DNA from: Acidobacteriota bacterium
Lineage (GTDB): Bacteria > Acidobacteriota > Terriglobia > Terriglobales > SCQP01
Assembly (NCBI GenBank): GCA_027459505.1
Contig: DAIDIE010000021.1
Span: 92,504-156,503, forward strand
DNA length: 64,000 bases
Direction: 5' to 3'
Under the pieces are notes generated by a model. It saw nothing but the letters and a program-made list of their open reading frames with translations, ran no database searches and was not told where the DNA came from. The translations under genes were made by a program, and so were the position numbers. Of the stretch, positions 8,669-18,188 are shown one piece after another; the stretch's first letter is position 1, and each line of letters starts with the position of its first letter.

Positions 8669-11652
8669 TGTGTCTCTCCGTGTTGCCGTTCCGGCGCTCC
8701 ATCCAACACTTCGGCTAGATGCAAGGCGCGGCGTTGAGAATTCTGTGCCACCTGTTCCCGGCAACTGAAGCCGTTCGCCACGATCAGATCGCCGGGGGCG
8801 GCGGCGCGCACGTTGGGCAACAACACGCGTTCACCCAGCGCCTGGGAAACGGCATAGGCCTTCTTTTCAAAACCAAACGGGCCGGCCATACCGCAGCAGC
8901 CGGAATCGAGTAGTTCCACGTCCGCGCTGGTCTGGCGCAGCAAGTGCAAATCGTTGTCCAGCGAGAGCACCGCACGCTGATGACAGTGCGCTTGAACCAG
9001 GATGCGCCGTCCGTTGAGCTGAGGCGGCGTCCAGGACCGCCCCTCCGGGTAGAGGTGGTCCCGCTCCTGAGCGCGGCAAAGAACGTCGCTCAACATCTGC
9101 GTCTGCAGGCTGAGGCGCTTCGCACGGTCGTCATGCGGGAAGAAGTTCAAAAGCTCATCCCGGAAGACGCTGGCGCAACTCGGTTCGAGCATGACTACGG
9201 GAATGCCGGCGTCGATTTGCGGCGCCAGTTCCGTCAGAACGCGGCGCAGGTAACGGCGAGCCTCATCGAGAAAGCCGAAATCGTAAAGCGGACGTCCGCA
9301 GCAGATGTGCCGGGGCGAAATTCGCACGCGCTTGCCTTGCGCATGCAACAGGCGGGCGGCAGAGGCGAGCGCTTGCGGCTGAAAATAGTTGTTCCAGGTA
9401 TCGGCCCAGAGCAGGACCTCTTGTTCCGGCGGTGCATCCTGGCCGCGCTGGGAAGCGGCTTCCGCGGCGAGAAACCGCTTGCGGAAGCTCATGCCCGCCA
9501 GCAGCGGTAATGAGCGCTGGGGCGCGATTCCTAACAGCTTCTTGACGGCGCTGTTCACGCCCGGCAGACGACCGGGGAGATTCGCCAGCCAGGGGAGGTG
9601 GGAGCCCAGGTGAGCCCAGCGATCCATGAATCCAAATGCGTAGTGACTCAAGGGGTGGAGACGGCCCTGGTAATAGTGGGCGAAAAACTCGGCTTTCCAC
9701 GTCGCCATGTCCACATTGACGGGGCACTCGGTCTTGCAGGCTTTACAGGAGAGGCACAGATCGAGCGCCTCTTTTACTTCAGGACTCCGCCAACCTTGAT
9801 TCAGGACGCCGCCCTGGAGCATTTCCCAGAGCAGGCGCGCGCGACCGCGGGTGGAGTGCTTCTCCTCAAGCGTCACCATGTAACTGGGGCACATGACGCC
9901 GTGATCACGCTTCCGGCAGGCGCCAACGCCAACACAGCGCGTGGTGGCCTCGGCGAATGAGCCCTGATCGGCGGGATAGCGGAACCAGGTCTCGACTTGC
10001 GCCGGTTTGTATCCCGGACCAATGCGCAGATTTTCCGTGGCGTGGTAGACGGCGACCGGATCGATCAGCTTGCCCGGATTCATACAGTTGCCGGGATCCC
10101 AAAGGGCTTTGAACTCGGCAAAGGCGCGCATCAGCTCCGGGCCAAACATCTTTGGTAGCAGGTGGGCGCGCGCCTGCCCGTCACCATGCTCGCCGGAAAA
10201 GGAGCCCCCATGGCGCAGGACCAAATCGGCGGCCTTGTCGATAAACGCGCTGTACTTGTCCACTCCCTCGTTTGTCTGCAGATCGAAGGAGATGCGCAGG
10301 TGAACGCAGCCCTGGCCGAAGTGGCCGTACATGGGCGAGACATAACCGAACTGGCGCATGAGGGCGTTCAACTCGCGTAAATAGGCGCCGAGTTGCCCGG
10401 GGCGCACGGCCGAGTCTTCCCATCCCTCCCAACCGCTGGGTTCTCCGGGGACAAAGACCGAAGCGCCCAGGGCGGCTTCACGCACTTTCCAGATGCGCAG
10501 CGCCTCGGCTACGGTATAGCGGCCCCAGCCGGTCAATCCTGAAAGCCGCTTGGCGTCAGCGAGAAACGCGTCGACGGCGGCCTCAACGGCTTGATCAGAG
10601 TTGGCGCCAAACTCGCATAACAGAAAGCCGTCACCCTGGGGCAATAACTTCACGTCGTCGACGACCAGGTTCTTCTTCAACATGGACCGCACGAGGCGTC
10701 CATCGAAACCCTCCAATCCGATGGGAGCGTGCGCCAACACCGCCGGAACATGATCGGCGGCAATGAAAGCGTCGGTAAAGCCCAGCACCACCAGACGCCG
10801 GCATTGCGGACTCGGCTTCAAGGCGCAAAGCGCCCGCAGTACGGTAACGCAGGTACCCTCCGTGCCCACCAGGGCGCGAGCAACATGAAAGCCGTTTTCC
10901 GGCAGAAGCTGGTCGAGGTTGTAACCGGAAACCCGCCGTGGAATATCGGGGAAACGTTCCCGCACCAGATGCGCGTACTGATCGCGAATACGGCGCAGAC
11001 CGGCGTAGAGTTCACCGCGGCGACCGCCGCTCCGAATCATCGAATCGAGTTCAGCGTCCGTGGTGGCGCCTACCCGCATGCGCGTTCCGTCATAGAGAAG
11101 AACGTCGAGTTCTTCAATATTGTCGACGGTTTTGCCGCCCATTAAGGCGTGGACGCCGCAGGAGTTATTGCCGATCATGCCCCCGATGGTGCAGCGGCTG
11201 TGGGTGGCGGGATCAGGCGCAAAAGTCAGGCAATGCGCTTCCGCCTGGCGGCGCAGTTCATCGAGAACGACGCCGGGTTGGACCCAGGCGTTGCGCCGCC
11301 CGGCATCGAGTTCGGTCACCTGATTGAGGTACTTGGAAAAGTCGAGCACAACGGCGACGTTGCAGCACTGTCCCGCAAGGCTGGTGCCACCGCCCCGCGA
11401 AAGTAACGGCGCGTTGAATTCGCGGCAGGCGGCAACAGCGGTAACCACATCCTCGATATCCAGCGGCAACACTACTCCCAAAGGCACTTGCCGGTAGTTG
11501 GAAGAGTCGGTGGAATACAGCGCTCGTGAGCCCGCATCGAAGCGCACTTCGCCGCGAACGTTTTTTCGCAGCAGGGATTCCAGCGCCGCGCTCGCGGCAA
11601 AGCCTTCATGACTGTGGGCGGAGCGCGATGAAGAGGTAGGGCGGGATGACAT
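8665..11652 (-). CDS. FAD-linked oxidase fused to 4Fe-4S and CCG domains (GlcD-GlcF fusion, YdiJ-like 2-hydroxyacid dehydrogenase)
   Basis: 995-aa ORF. FAD_binding_4-type N-terminus (VVLPLDIEDVVTAVAACREFNAPLLSRGGGTSLAGQ), ferredoxin motif CLSCKACKTECPVNVDM, and a cysteine-rich C-terminal domain (HCHQRA...LLDSGCCGMAGPFGFEK). Confidence 0.88.
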   Translation of the reverse strand: MSSRPTSSSRSAHSHEGFAASAALESLLRKNVRGEVRFDAGSRALYSTDSSNYRQVPLGVVLPLDIEDVVTAVAACREFNAPLLSRGGGTSLAGQCCNVAVVLDFSKYLNQVTELDAGRRNAWVQPGVVLDELRRQAEAHCLTFAPDPATHSRCTIGGMIGNNSCGVHALMGGKTVDNIEELDVLLYDGTRMRVGATTDAELDSMIRSGGRRGELYAGLRRIRDQYAHLVRERFPDIPRRVSGYNLDQLLPENGFHVARALVGTEGTCVTVLRALCALKPSPQCRRLVVLGFTDAFIAADHVPAVLAHAPIGLEGFDGRLVRSMLKKNLVVDDVKLLPQGDGFLLCEFGANSDQAVEAAVDAFLADAKRLSGLTGWGRYTVAEALRIWKVREAALGASVFVPGEPSGWEGWEDSAVRPGQLGAYLRELNALMRQFGYVSPMYGHFGQGCVHLRISFDLQTNEGVDKYSAFIDKAADLVLRHGGSFSGEHGDGQARAHLLPKMFGPELMRAFAEFKALWDPGNCMNPGKLIDPVAVYHATENLRIGPGYKPAQVETWFRYPADQGSFAEATTRCVGVGACRKRDHGVMCPSYMVTLEEKHSTRGRARLLWEMLQGGVLNQGWRSPEVKEALDLCLSCKACKTECPVNVDMATWKAEFFAHYYQGRLHPLSHYAFGFMDRWAHLGSHLPWLANLPGRLPGVNSAVKKLLGIAPQRSLPLLAGMSFRKRFLAAEAASQRGQDAPPEQEVLLWADTWNNYFQPQALASAARLLHAQGKRVRISPRHICCGRPLYDFGFLDEARRYLRRVLTELAPQIDAGIPVVMLEPSCASVFRDELLNFFPHDDRAKRLSLQTQMLSDVLCRAQERDHLYPEGRSWTPPQLNGRRILVQAHCHQRAVLSLDNDLHLLRQTSADVELLDSGCCGMAGPFGFEKKAYAVSQALGERVLLPNVRAAAPGDLIVANGFSCREQVAQNSQRRALHLAEVLDGAPERQHGETQ

Positions 11653-11770
11653 AAACGGCAGTCGCAGCCGCCTACTACGTTAGCAGCCCGGAAGGAAGCT
11701 GTGGAAGGGGCGGGGAGAACAGAGCGCAAGGGGCGCCCGTCGCAATAGGCCTGCGGCCATTGCGAAGGGC

Positions 11771-13129
11771 TTACCAGACGCGGAAGGCGACCACATGCGC
11801 GGGACCAACTACCCCGTCGGTGATTGTGGTTTTAATCACCAACTGCAGGTTGTGCCTGGACCAATCGTTGGGGAGCTCGCGGAGCACGGTGGCGAGTGCC
11901 GCGGAATCGCTCAAGAGGTTCCCTGCCGCTTCCGTTCCATACGGTCCAATGCCCCCCGCCATGAGCACAAACTGGCCGGTGGGGGCATTCAGCAGACGCG
12001 TGATGAGCCCATAATCGGTGTCGATCGGCTTACCAGTGTCCCAGTGCTGTTGCCAGAGGCGATGGGCCGAAGAGGAATCGAGAATCATTCCTGCGCCATC
12101 GCGTTCGACCCAGCGGAAAGGAAGGCTGGCGTTGAGCTGCAGGGCCCAATCATTATCAAAGGCGCCCACCAGAACGCTGGGGCTATTGCGCAGGTCGGCG
12201 AGACTCCAGTTGTCGCCCAGACGCACCTGGGCGGGTTTGTGCAGTTCACTCATCACCGCGCTGTAGCGAGCGGCGGCATAGGCGTCTCCCCCCGCCACAT
12301 AGAAATTTTTAAAGGGCATCATCTCCGACCAGCGCAGGCTGGTGCGTGGAGGAAGATGCAATTCATGGCGGGTACGATCAAGCTGGGTAGCAAACTCCTG
12401 GGCAAAACGCGGCGACTTCTGATAGACGTTCAGGCGCGGTTGATACACGATCGGCGAAGCCAGGCAGATCAACACCGGCTGCCGGGTGGTACTCACTGGC
12501 GCCCAAAATTGCTGCAATGAACCGGCCGAGGCGGCCACGCGCTGTGCTTCCAAATAGCGGAAGCCGGCGATCGCGAGCGTGGCAGTCAAGAGCAGAGCGG
12601 CTAAGAGCAGCCAGGAATAATTGCGTCGCGATCCCGCCGCATCGCCCGGGTTCTCCTGTGGCCGGGCGGATACAGGAACGGGAGCGAGATGAGGCTGCGG
12701 CTTGGGGTTCAAGACATCTTCATAACGAAAATGGGGGCGGTAGGCGCCAACCGGCAGTTCGATCCGTACCGGGGGAGTGCCAGCACCAGTTTCGGCGTAA
12801 AACTGAATTAGCCGCCGCCGCACTTCCGAAGCGGTAATGCGCACGATGGGATGGTCGCCGGTGTTGTAATCCGCGGGGCGGTGAAAGACTTCCACGCCGA
12901 TACGCCGCTCCTTCAGATCCTCTTCTTCCCCGGCCAGGGTACGTTCGACGATATAAGTCAGAAAACGGCGGCAGCGCTCGCTGGAACGGAAGAGGTGGTT
13001 GGCGAGAATCTCTTGCAGATGCTCGCGAATGAGCACTTGGGCAGCCTGCTCAGGGCTATCCGCCGCAGCGCTTGACTCCGCTGTGGATGGTAATGCAACC
13101 GCTTTCACGGCTATCGACTTTTCACTCAT
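11771..13129 (-). CDS. Membrane-anchored ToxR/CadC-like regulator (OmpR-type winged helix, one TM helix, extracytoplasmic domain)
   Basis: 452-aa ORF. The N-terminus RFLTYIVERTLAGEEEDLKERRIGVEVFHRPADYNTGDHPIVRITASEVRRRLIQFY...IELPVGAYRPHF fits the OmpR/PhoB effector-domain pattern. A TM segment WLLLAALLLTATLAIAGF follows. The N-terminus is paralogous to that of 24086..25690. Confidence 0.6.
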   Translation of the reverse strand: MSEKSIAVKAVALPSTAESSAAADSPEQAAQVLIREHLQEILANHLFRSSERCRRFLTYIVERTLAGEEEDLKERRIGVEVFHRPADYNTGDHPIVRITASEVRRRLIQFYAETGAGTPPVRIELPVGAYRPHFRYEDVLNPKPQPHLAPVPVSARPQENPGDAAGSRRNYSWLLLAALLLTATLAIAGFRYLEAQRVAASAGSLQQFWAPVSTTRQPVLICLASPIVYQPRLNVYQKSPRFAQEFATQLDRTRHELHLPPRTSLRWSEMMPFKNFYVAGGDAYAAARYSAVMSELHKPAQVRLGDNWSLADLRNSPSVLVGAFDNDWALQLNASLPFRWVERDGAGMILDSSSAHRLWQQHWDTGKPIDTDYGLITRLLNAPTGQFVLMAGGIGPYGTEAAGNLLSDSAALATVLRELPNDWSRHNLQLVIKTTITDGVVGPAHVVAFRVW

Positions 13130-13607
13130 GGGATTTTGCCCTGGCTGGATGTGCCGCGATTTCTACCGCTCACAGAATGAGTGCTGAGTACTGGAGGCGA
13201 GGCCGCGCCCAACTACCTGCCGGCCATTTTGCAATCGTCCGGAGCACAATGTTCTCCGCATTCGAGAATCTACTCCCAACCCGCGGTAAGTTCAAGCCAA
13301 GAATTTACATTTTGCGCAACGCAAGGGGTGTTTTGGTCCTGCTCCCATACCGTTCTATACCGTACAAAGCCTAGCTTCGGTGCGGCTCCGGGGCTTTGCT
13401 TGGGAGAGCCGGGAGAACTGGCGGGAGTCAATGGCCGGAACAGGCGCAGAACTTGAATAATCGAGTTCGTGCCCGAGTTGCGCAAACCGCGTTCGGCTCG
13501 CGAGAGCCGCGGGGCAAGAGGCAATGGCATTGCTTGCGCTAAAGATGCGCAAGGCGCTCCGTCTAGTTTCCGTCAGAGCATTCCCGGCACCATGAGGAGA
13601 TGACTCA

Positions 13608-15953
13608 ATGTCCAATCAAGATAGACGCAAAGCGTGGCGCGGATTAGGAATGCTGGTCGCTTTGGGACTCTTGTTATTGAGCACGGGGCGCAGCGCTTCC
13701 GCGCAGGTAACGCAAGTGGCCTACAACTGGAACAACGTACAGATCGTCGGCGGTGGATTTGTGGACGGTATTGTGTTCAGCCATGCCGCCGCCAACCTGG
13801 TCTACGCGCGAACCGATATCGGCGGATGCTACCGCCTCGACCCCACCACCAACCGCTGGATCCCGTTGAATGATTGGGCAGGCTGGAACAATTGGGATCA
13901 ATTAAGCTGCGTGAGCCTGGCAGCCGATCCGCTCAACGCCAACAACGTTTGGGCGGCGGTGGGCATGTACACCAATTCCTGGGATACGAACAACGGCGCG
14001 ATTTTGAAGTCCACCAACCAGGGCGCGAGTTGGACTGTGGTTCCGCTGCCCTTCAAGCTGGGCAGCAATATGCCGGGCCGGGGTAACGGCGAGCGGCTGG
14101 CGGTCGATCCCAATGACGACAATATCCTCTACCTGGGCGCACCCAGCGGGCACGGGCTCTGGCGCAGCACCGACGCCGGCAGCACCTGGTCGCAGGTGAC
14201 CAGCTTTCCCGACAGTGGTCCCTATGTGCAGGACGCCACGGACACAACTGGATATTTGAGCGATCCGCAAGGCGTCTACTTCGAAACCTTCGATCCGCGC
14301 ACCGGCAGCAAGGGATCGGCAACGCAAACCATTTACGTTGGCGTAGCCGACAGCAGCGCGCCGCTATGGGTCAGCCATGACGGCGGCAGCACCTGGGCGA
14401 CGGTTGCAGGCCAGCCCACGGGATTTCTGCCACGGCAGGCCCGGCTGGACACCACGAATGGATATTTGTATGTGGCATATGCCGACAAGGCGGGACCCTA
14501 TGATGGCGGCAGCGGTGACGTATGGCGCTACACGACGGCCACGGGGGTGTGGACGCTCATTAGCCCCGATCCTTCCACCGACACCAGCAATGACTACTAC
14601 GGCTACAGCGGTTTGACCATTGACGCGCAGCACCCCAACACAGTGATGGTGGCTTCCGCAGTGTCCTGGTGGCCGGACATGTTCCTGTACCGCAGTCTGA
14701 ACAACGGCGCCACCTGGACGAACATCTGGCATTGGACCACCTATCCGACCATGTATTACAAGGACACCTTGGATATCACAGCGGCGCCCTGGCTGAAATT
14801 GCCGCCCAGTCCATGCCGCACGAAGAGCCGTCCGGGCCCCAACCCCGATCCTAAACTCGGCTGGATGAATGAAGCGGTGAAGATCGATCCCTTCAACTCC
14901 AACCGGCTCATGTATGGAACAGGCGCCACCATGTATGGCACCAACGACTTGACCGACTGGGACATCAGCAGCACCAGCCAGATCAATATCTCGGTGTTTG
15001 CTCCCGGAATCGAGGAAACCTCGGTGCTGGGTTTAATCAGCCCGCCAAGCGGTTCGAATCTGCTCAGCGCGCTGGGCGACGTTGCCGGGTTTGACCACAC
15101 CAGCCTGACTACTGCTCCTTCCACGACGTATTACCCGGTAGAAGGGACCAACACCAGCATCGACTTCGCGCAGAGCAATCCGAGCTTCGTGGTGCGCGTG
15201 GGCTTCCCTGGTTCCAACAACAGTTGCGAAACCAATGGCGCCTACTCCACCAACGGCGGCAGTTCGTGGACCGGGTTCCCCAACAACCCAGGAACATTCA
15301 GCAGTTCTTCGAGCACGGGGACGGTAGCGGCGTCGGCAAATGGCTCAACGATTGTTTGGAGTTCGTCGCTGGGCGTCTTCTACAGCAGCAACAATGGCCG
15401 CGGCTGGACACAATCCACCGGCGTGCCAACCGGCGCGATCGTCGCCTCCGATCGCGTCAACGCCAGCACGTTTTACGCGCTCAGCAGCGGGAGCTTTTAC
15501 GTCAGCACCAACAGCGGCAAGAGCTTTAGCGTTGTCTCCAGTGGGCTGCCCAGCAGCGGCTATGTCAACCTCAAGCCGATCTGGGTGGCAGCCGGCGACA
15601 TCTGGATTGCGGGTGGATCCCCGACCGATCCCGCCGGTTACGGTCTGTGGCACTCGACCAATGGCGGCCAGACCTGGACCATGGTCAGCAGCGTCCAACA
15701 AGGCGACAACATCGGGTTTGGCGCGGCTGCCAGCGGCGCCACTTATCCCACGCTGTTCCTGGTGGGCGAGGTTGGCGGCGTACGCGGCATCTTCCGCTCG
15801 GTTGACGAGGGCAGTACCTGGGCGCAGATCAACGACGCCCAGCACCAGTGGGGACAGGCAGGGGGACCGGCCATTACCGGCGATCCCCGCATCTTCGGCC
15901 GCGTGTACGTGGGCACCAATGGCCGCGGCATTGTTTACGGCGATGCGCAGTAA
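13608..15953 (+). CDS. Secreted GH74-like (xyloglucanase-type) double beta-propeller with BNR repeats
   Basis: 781-aa ORF with a signal peptide (GMLVALGLLLLSTGRSASA). It has many S-x-D/N-x-G-x-S/T-W repeats (STNQGASW, STDAGSTW, SHDGGSTW, STNGGQTW, SVDEGSTW) and the GH74-like N-terminus VQIVGGGFVDGIVFSH...YARTDIGGCYR. Confidence 0.82.
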   Translation: MSNQDRRKAWRGLGMLVALGLLLLSTGRSASAQVTQVAYNWNNVQIVGGGFVDGIVFSHAAANLVYARTDIGGCYRLDPTTNRWIPLNDWAGWNNWDQLSCVSLAADPLNANNVWAAVGMYTNSWDTNNGAILKSTNQGASWTVVPLPFKLGSNMPGRGNGERLAVDPNDDNILYLGAPSGHGLWRSTDAGSTWSQVTSFPDSGPYVQDATDTTGYLSDPQGVYFETFDPRTGSKGSATQTIYVGVADSSAPLWVSHDGGSTWATVAGQPTGFLPRQARLDTTNGYLYVAYADKAGPYDGGSGDVWRYTTATGVWTLISPDPSTDTSNDYYGYSGLTIDAQHPNTVMVASAVSWWPDMFLYRSLNNGATWTNIWHWTTYPTMYYKDTLDITAAPWLKLPPSPCRTKSRPGPNPDPKLGWMNEAVKIDPFNSNRLMYGTGATMYGTNDLTDWDISSTSQINISVFAPGIEETSVLGLISPPSGSNLLSALGDVAGFDHTSLTTAPSTTYYPVEGTNTSIDFAQSNPSFVVRVGFPGSNNSCETNGAYSTNGGSSWTGFPNNPGTFSSSSSTGTVAASANGSTIVWSSSLGVFYSSNNGRGWTQSTGVPTGAIVASDRVNASTFYALSSGSFYVSTNSGKSFSVVSSGLPSSGYVNLKPIWVAAGDIWIAGGSPTDPAGYGLWHSTNGGQTWTMVSSVQQGDNIGFGAAASGATYPTLFLVGEVGGVRGIFRSVDEGSTWAQINDAQHQWGQAGGPAITGDPRIFGRVYVGTNGRGIVYGDAQ

Positions 15954-15970
15954 CGGCTAGCCCTTTCCGG

Positions 15971-16010
15971 CGGGCCGGAACCTCCTGGGTTCCGGCCCGT
16001 CGCTTCTGCT
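15971..16010 (+). terminator. Intrinsic terminator candidate after the GH74 gene
   Basis: 11-bp GC-rich stem CGGGCCGGAAC / GTTCCGGCCCG with a 7-nt loop, followed by the pyrimidine/T-rich tract TCGCTTCTGCTTC. It sits 18 nt after the stop codon. Confidence 0.55.
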
Positions 16011-16056
16011 TCATCGCGGTTCACCATCCCGCTCTTGTCCGTGGAGGGACGTTTTC

Positions 16057-16959
16057 ATGCTCACAGTTTTCCGCCGCACCCAGTGGAAACCGTTGTTACC
16101 GTTTTTAGTTCCCTTTCTGATGCTTGGATCGGGACGCGCCGCTTCCAATCCTAAATCCGACCCCGTCGTGATCCGGGTCGGGTCTCAGGTGATCCATCGT
16201 TCGGAATTTGAAGCGTTTCTTGCCACGCTGCCGATGGACCAGGCGCAACATCCGGCGGCGTTGGCGCGGCATTTGGGAGGCCTGCTCGGCGTTGCCGACG
16301 CAGCCACGCGCGCTGGCATTGCCAACGACCCGCGCCACCGCCTGCAACTGCTCCTCAATCAAGACCAGTTGCTGGGCCAGTTGTACATGGCGCGCATGCA
16401 GGCGGATATTCACAGTTCCGCCGCGCAGCGCCATGCCTATTACCAAAACCACTTGAGCGAGTTTCAACAGCGTAAAATCCGGCAAATCCTGATCACACCA
16501 GAACAGGGACGCAATATGACCCAGGCCGTTGCGCTTGCCTCCCGGCTCAGCGCGGAGCTCAATCGGACTGGTAATAGCAGCAAAGCCTGGGGCCGGCTGG
16601 CGAAGCAGTACTCCAGCGACCTTATTTCCAGGCCCAGAGGCGGTGAACTCGGCTGGCTTGCCTTCAACAACCTGCAGCCTCCGTTGGCCAGCCGCTTTTG
16701 GGGACTGAAGCCAGGCTCCGCTCGCCTGCTCCGAACGAAATCCGCTGTGCGGGTGGTGGAAGTTGAGGCGGTACGTACCACCCCCTACGCTCAGGTCAGA
16801 GCGTGGGTCAAAGCGGAGTTGCACAGCGCACTCCTACAGCAAAAACGGCGCCAGTTGAGACGCCAGGAGCCGATTATTCTGAATCCGAGTTACTTCCACA
16901 AGTTTTCGACCGCGCTCAACGCCGCAAGCGAGCCCGCCCTCCCCCGCCATGGGGCGTAA
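16057..16959 (+). CDS. Secreted parvulin-type peptidyl-prolyl isomerase (SurA/PrsA-like)
   Basis: 300-aa ORF with an N-terminal signal-like segment. The PpiC-type core is RKIRQILITPEQ...LAKQYSSDLISRPRGGELGWLAFNNLQPPLASRFWGLKPGS. Confidence 0.6.
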   Translation: MLTVFRRTQWKPLLPFLVPFLMLGSGRAASNPKSDPVVIRVGSQVIHRSEFEAFLATLPMDQAQHPAALARHLGGLLGVADAATRAGIANDPRHRLQLLLNQDQLLGQLYMARMQADIHSSAAQRHAYYQNHLSEFQQRKIRQILITPEQGRNMTQAVALASRLSAELNRTGNSSKAWGRLAKQYSSDLISRPRGGELGWLAFNNLQPPLASRFWGLKPGSARLLRTKSAVRVVEVEAVRTTPYAQVRAWVKAELHSALLQQKRRQLRRQEPIILNPSYFHKFSTALNAASEPALPRHGA

Positions 16960-17012
16960 GCCGCGCCGGCAGGCGCGCATGCCTGACAGAAATGCGTAAT
17001 GGAGAATATCGA

Positions 17013-17056
17013 GCCGGGCTCGCAAACAGCACTGCTGTTATGGCGAGCCCGGTTTG
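17013..17056 (+). terminator. Terminator-like compound hairpin after the PPIase gene
   Basis: CCGGGCTCGC ... GCGAGCCCGG is a 10-bp stem with an inner CAGCA/TGCTG hairpin, followed by TTTGCTGCC. Confidence 0.4.
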
Positions 17057-17300
17057 CTGCCAGTCCAACCCGCCATCTGACTTTCCCTCACGCTGCGCCC
17101 AACGCCAGGGCCCTCTTGCCTCCAACAAAAAGTCAGGCACCGGGCAGCACTTCGCGATTGAGAAGCACTCCAAGCCCGCTGAGCCAACCCGGAACCAGAG
17201 ATGTTCCCATCCTCGCTTAAACACAATTTCGGCCGCAGCGCCGCAAGCGCACAGATGTGCGCCTCACACGCATGCGGCTGTCCACCACAGGTGAGAGCTG

Positions 17301-17517
17301 GAGGCACGGCCTCGTCTCCTGAGCCGCCCGCTGGCATTGCTTTCCGTTGGGTCACTGGCACGTTCTCCAGTGAGAACGTGAAGCCGCCGATGCCGGGCTC
17401 CTCTTCCGCGCGAGGGGGCCGCCCTTCCCACCCCAACAAAGCAAACTGCGCTTTGTTGGGGACCCCGGGAGAATTTCGCGGCCCTCCACCTGCGATCTCC
17501 TCCCGGTGGCTCGCTCC
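17301..17517 (+). repeat. Structured intergenic element, family 2, copy 1 (about 217 nt)
   Basis: Near-identical to 40478..40665 over its shared modules. It starts with the hairpin GAGGC-ACG-GCCTC and ends ...CCTGCGATCTCCTCCCGGTGGCTCGCTCC. It contains the 9-bp helix CACGTTCTC-CAGT-GAGAACGTG and an extra hairpin CCCCAACAAAGC...GCTTTGTTGGGG that copy 2 lacks. Confidence 0.9.
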
Positions 17518-17624
17518 TATCGCGCACCGCTAGTAGGCCGATGGAGCATTGATCCACTCATTGTTGGAAAGTGAAAAGTGCTGCACAATGATGGGAACGT
17601 CCGTGCCTCAGCCCGAGCATCCTC

Positions 17625-18092
17625 TTGAATAAAACCACCACGATTCTTCTTGTTGAAGACAGTCAGTCGGACGCTCGCCTCCTGGTGGAAGCGATTAAGC
17701 AGCGCCAACTGACGGGTCTGTGCGTGCTTCGGGTTGAAGACGGAGAATTCGCATTGCAGCTTCTGAAAGGTGCATCCCCGGCAAACACAAGAACGGCCAT
17801 CGCCGCCACGTCACCTGCCCAAGCACCACAGGAGCCATGCTCCAATCCCGATTTGATTGTTTTGGACTTGAACCTGCCGCGCAAGGATGGTCGCGAACTC
17901 CTTGCGGATCTACAGGCCGATCCGGAATTAAGCGGCATTCCCGTTGTGGTGCTTTCAACCTCGAACGCGGAGAGCGACTTGGCCTATTGCTCGGCGCATG
18001 GGGTACGCTGCTACCACTCCAAGCCCTTTCGCCTCTCCGACTACGGCGATGTTGTGAGCAGCATTCTACGCAACCTGCCCCTGGCCAGCTAA
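17625..18092 (+). CDS. Stand-alone CheY-like response regulator receiver
   Basis: 155-aa ORF with a TTG start: NKTTTILLVEDSQSDARLLVEAIKQ...DLIVLDLNLPRKDGRELLADL...PVVVLSTS...HSKP. Confidence 0.85.
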   Translation: MNKTTTILLVEDSQSDARLLVEAIKQRQLTGLCVLRVEDGEFALQLLKGASPANTRTAIAATSPAQAPQEPCSNPDLIVLDLNLPRKDGRELLADLQADPELSGIPVVVLSTSNAESDLAYCSAHGVRCYHSKPFRLSDYGDVVSSILRNLPLAS

Positions 18093-18188
18093 TCGAACGT
18101 CAGTAACCCCGTGCGGTCAACGCCTCTGGTTCTCCCTTAGATGCCAACTCTGGCGCCGCTCATGCTGTCCAGCCGCGGCGCTGCGGGG

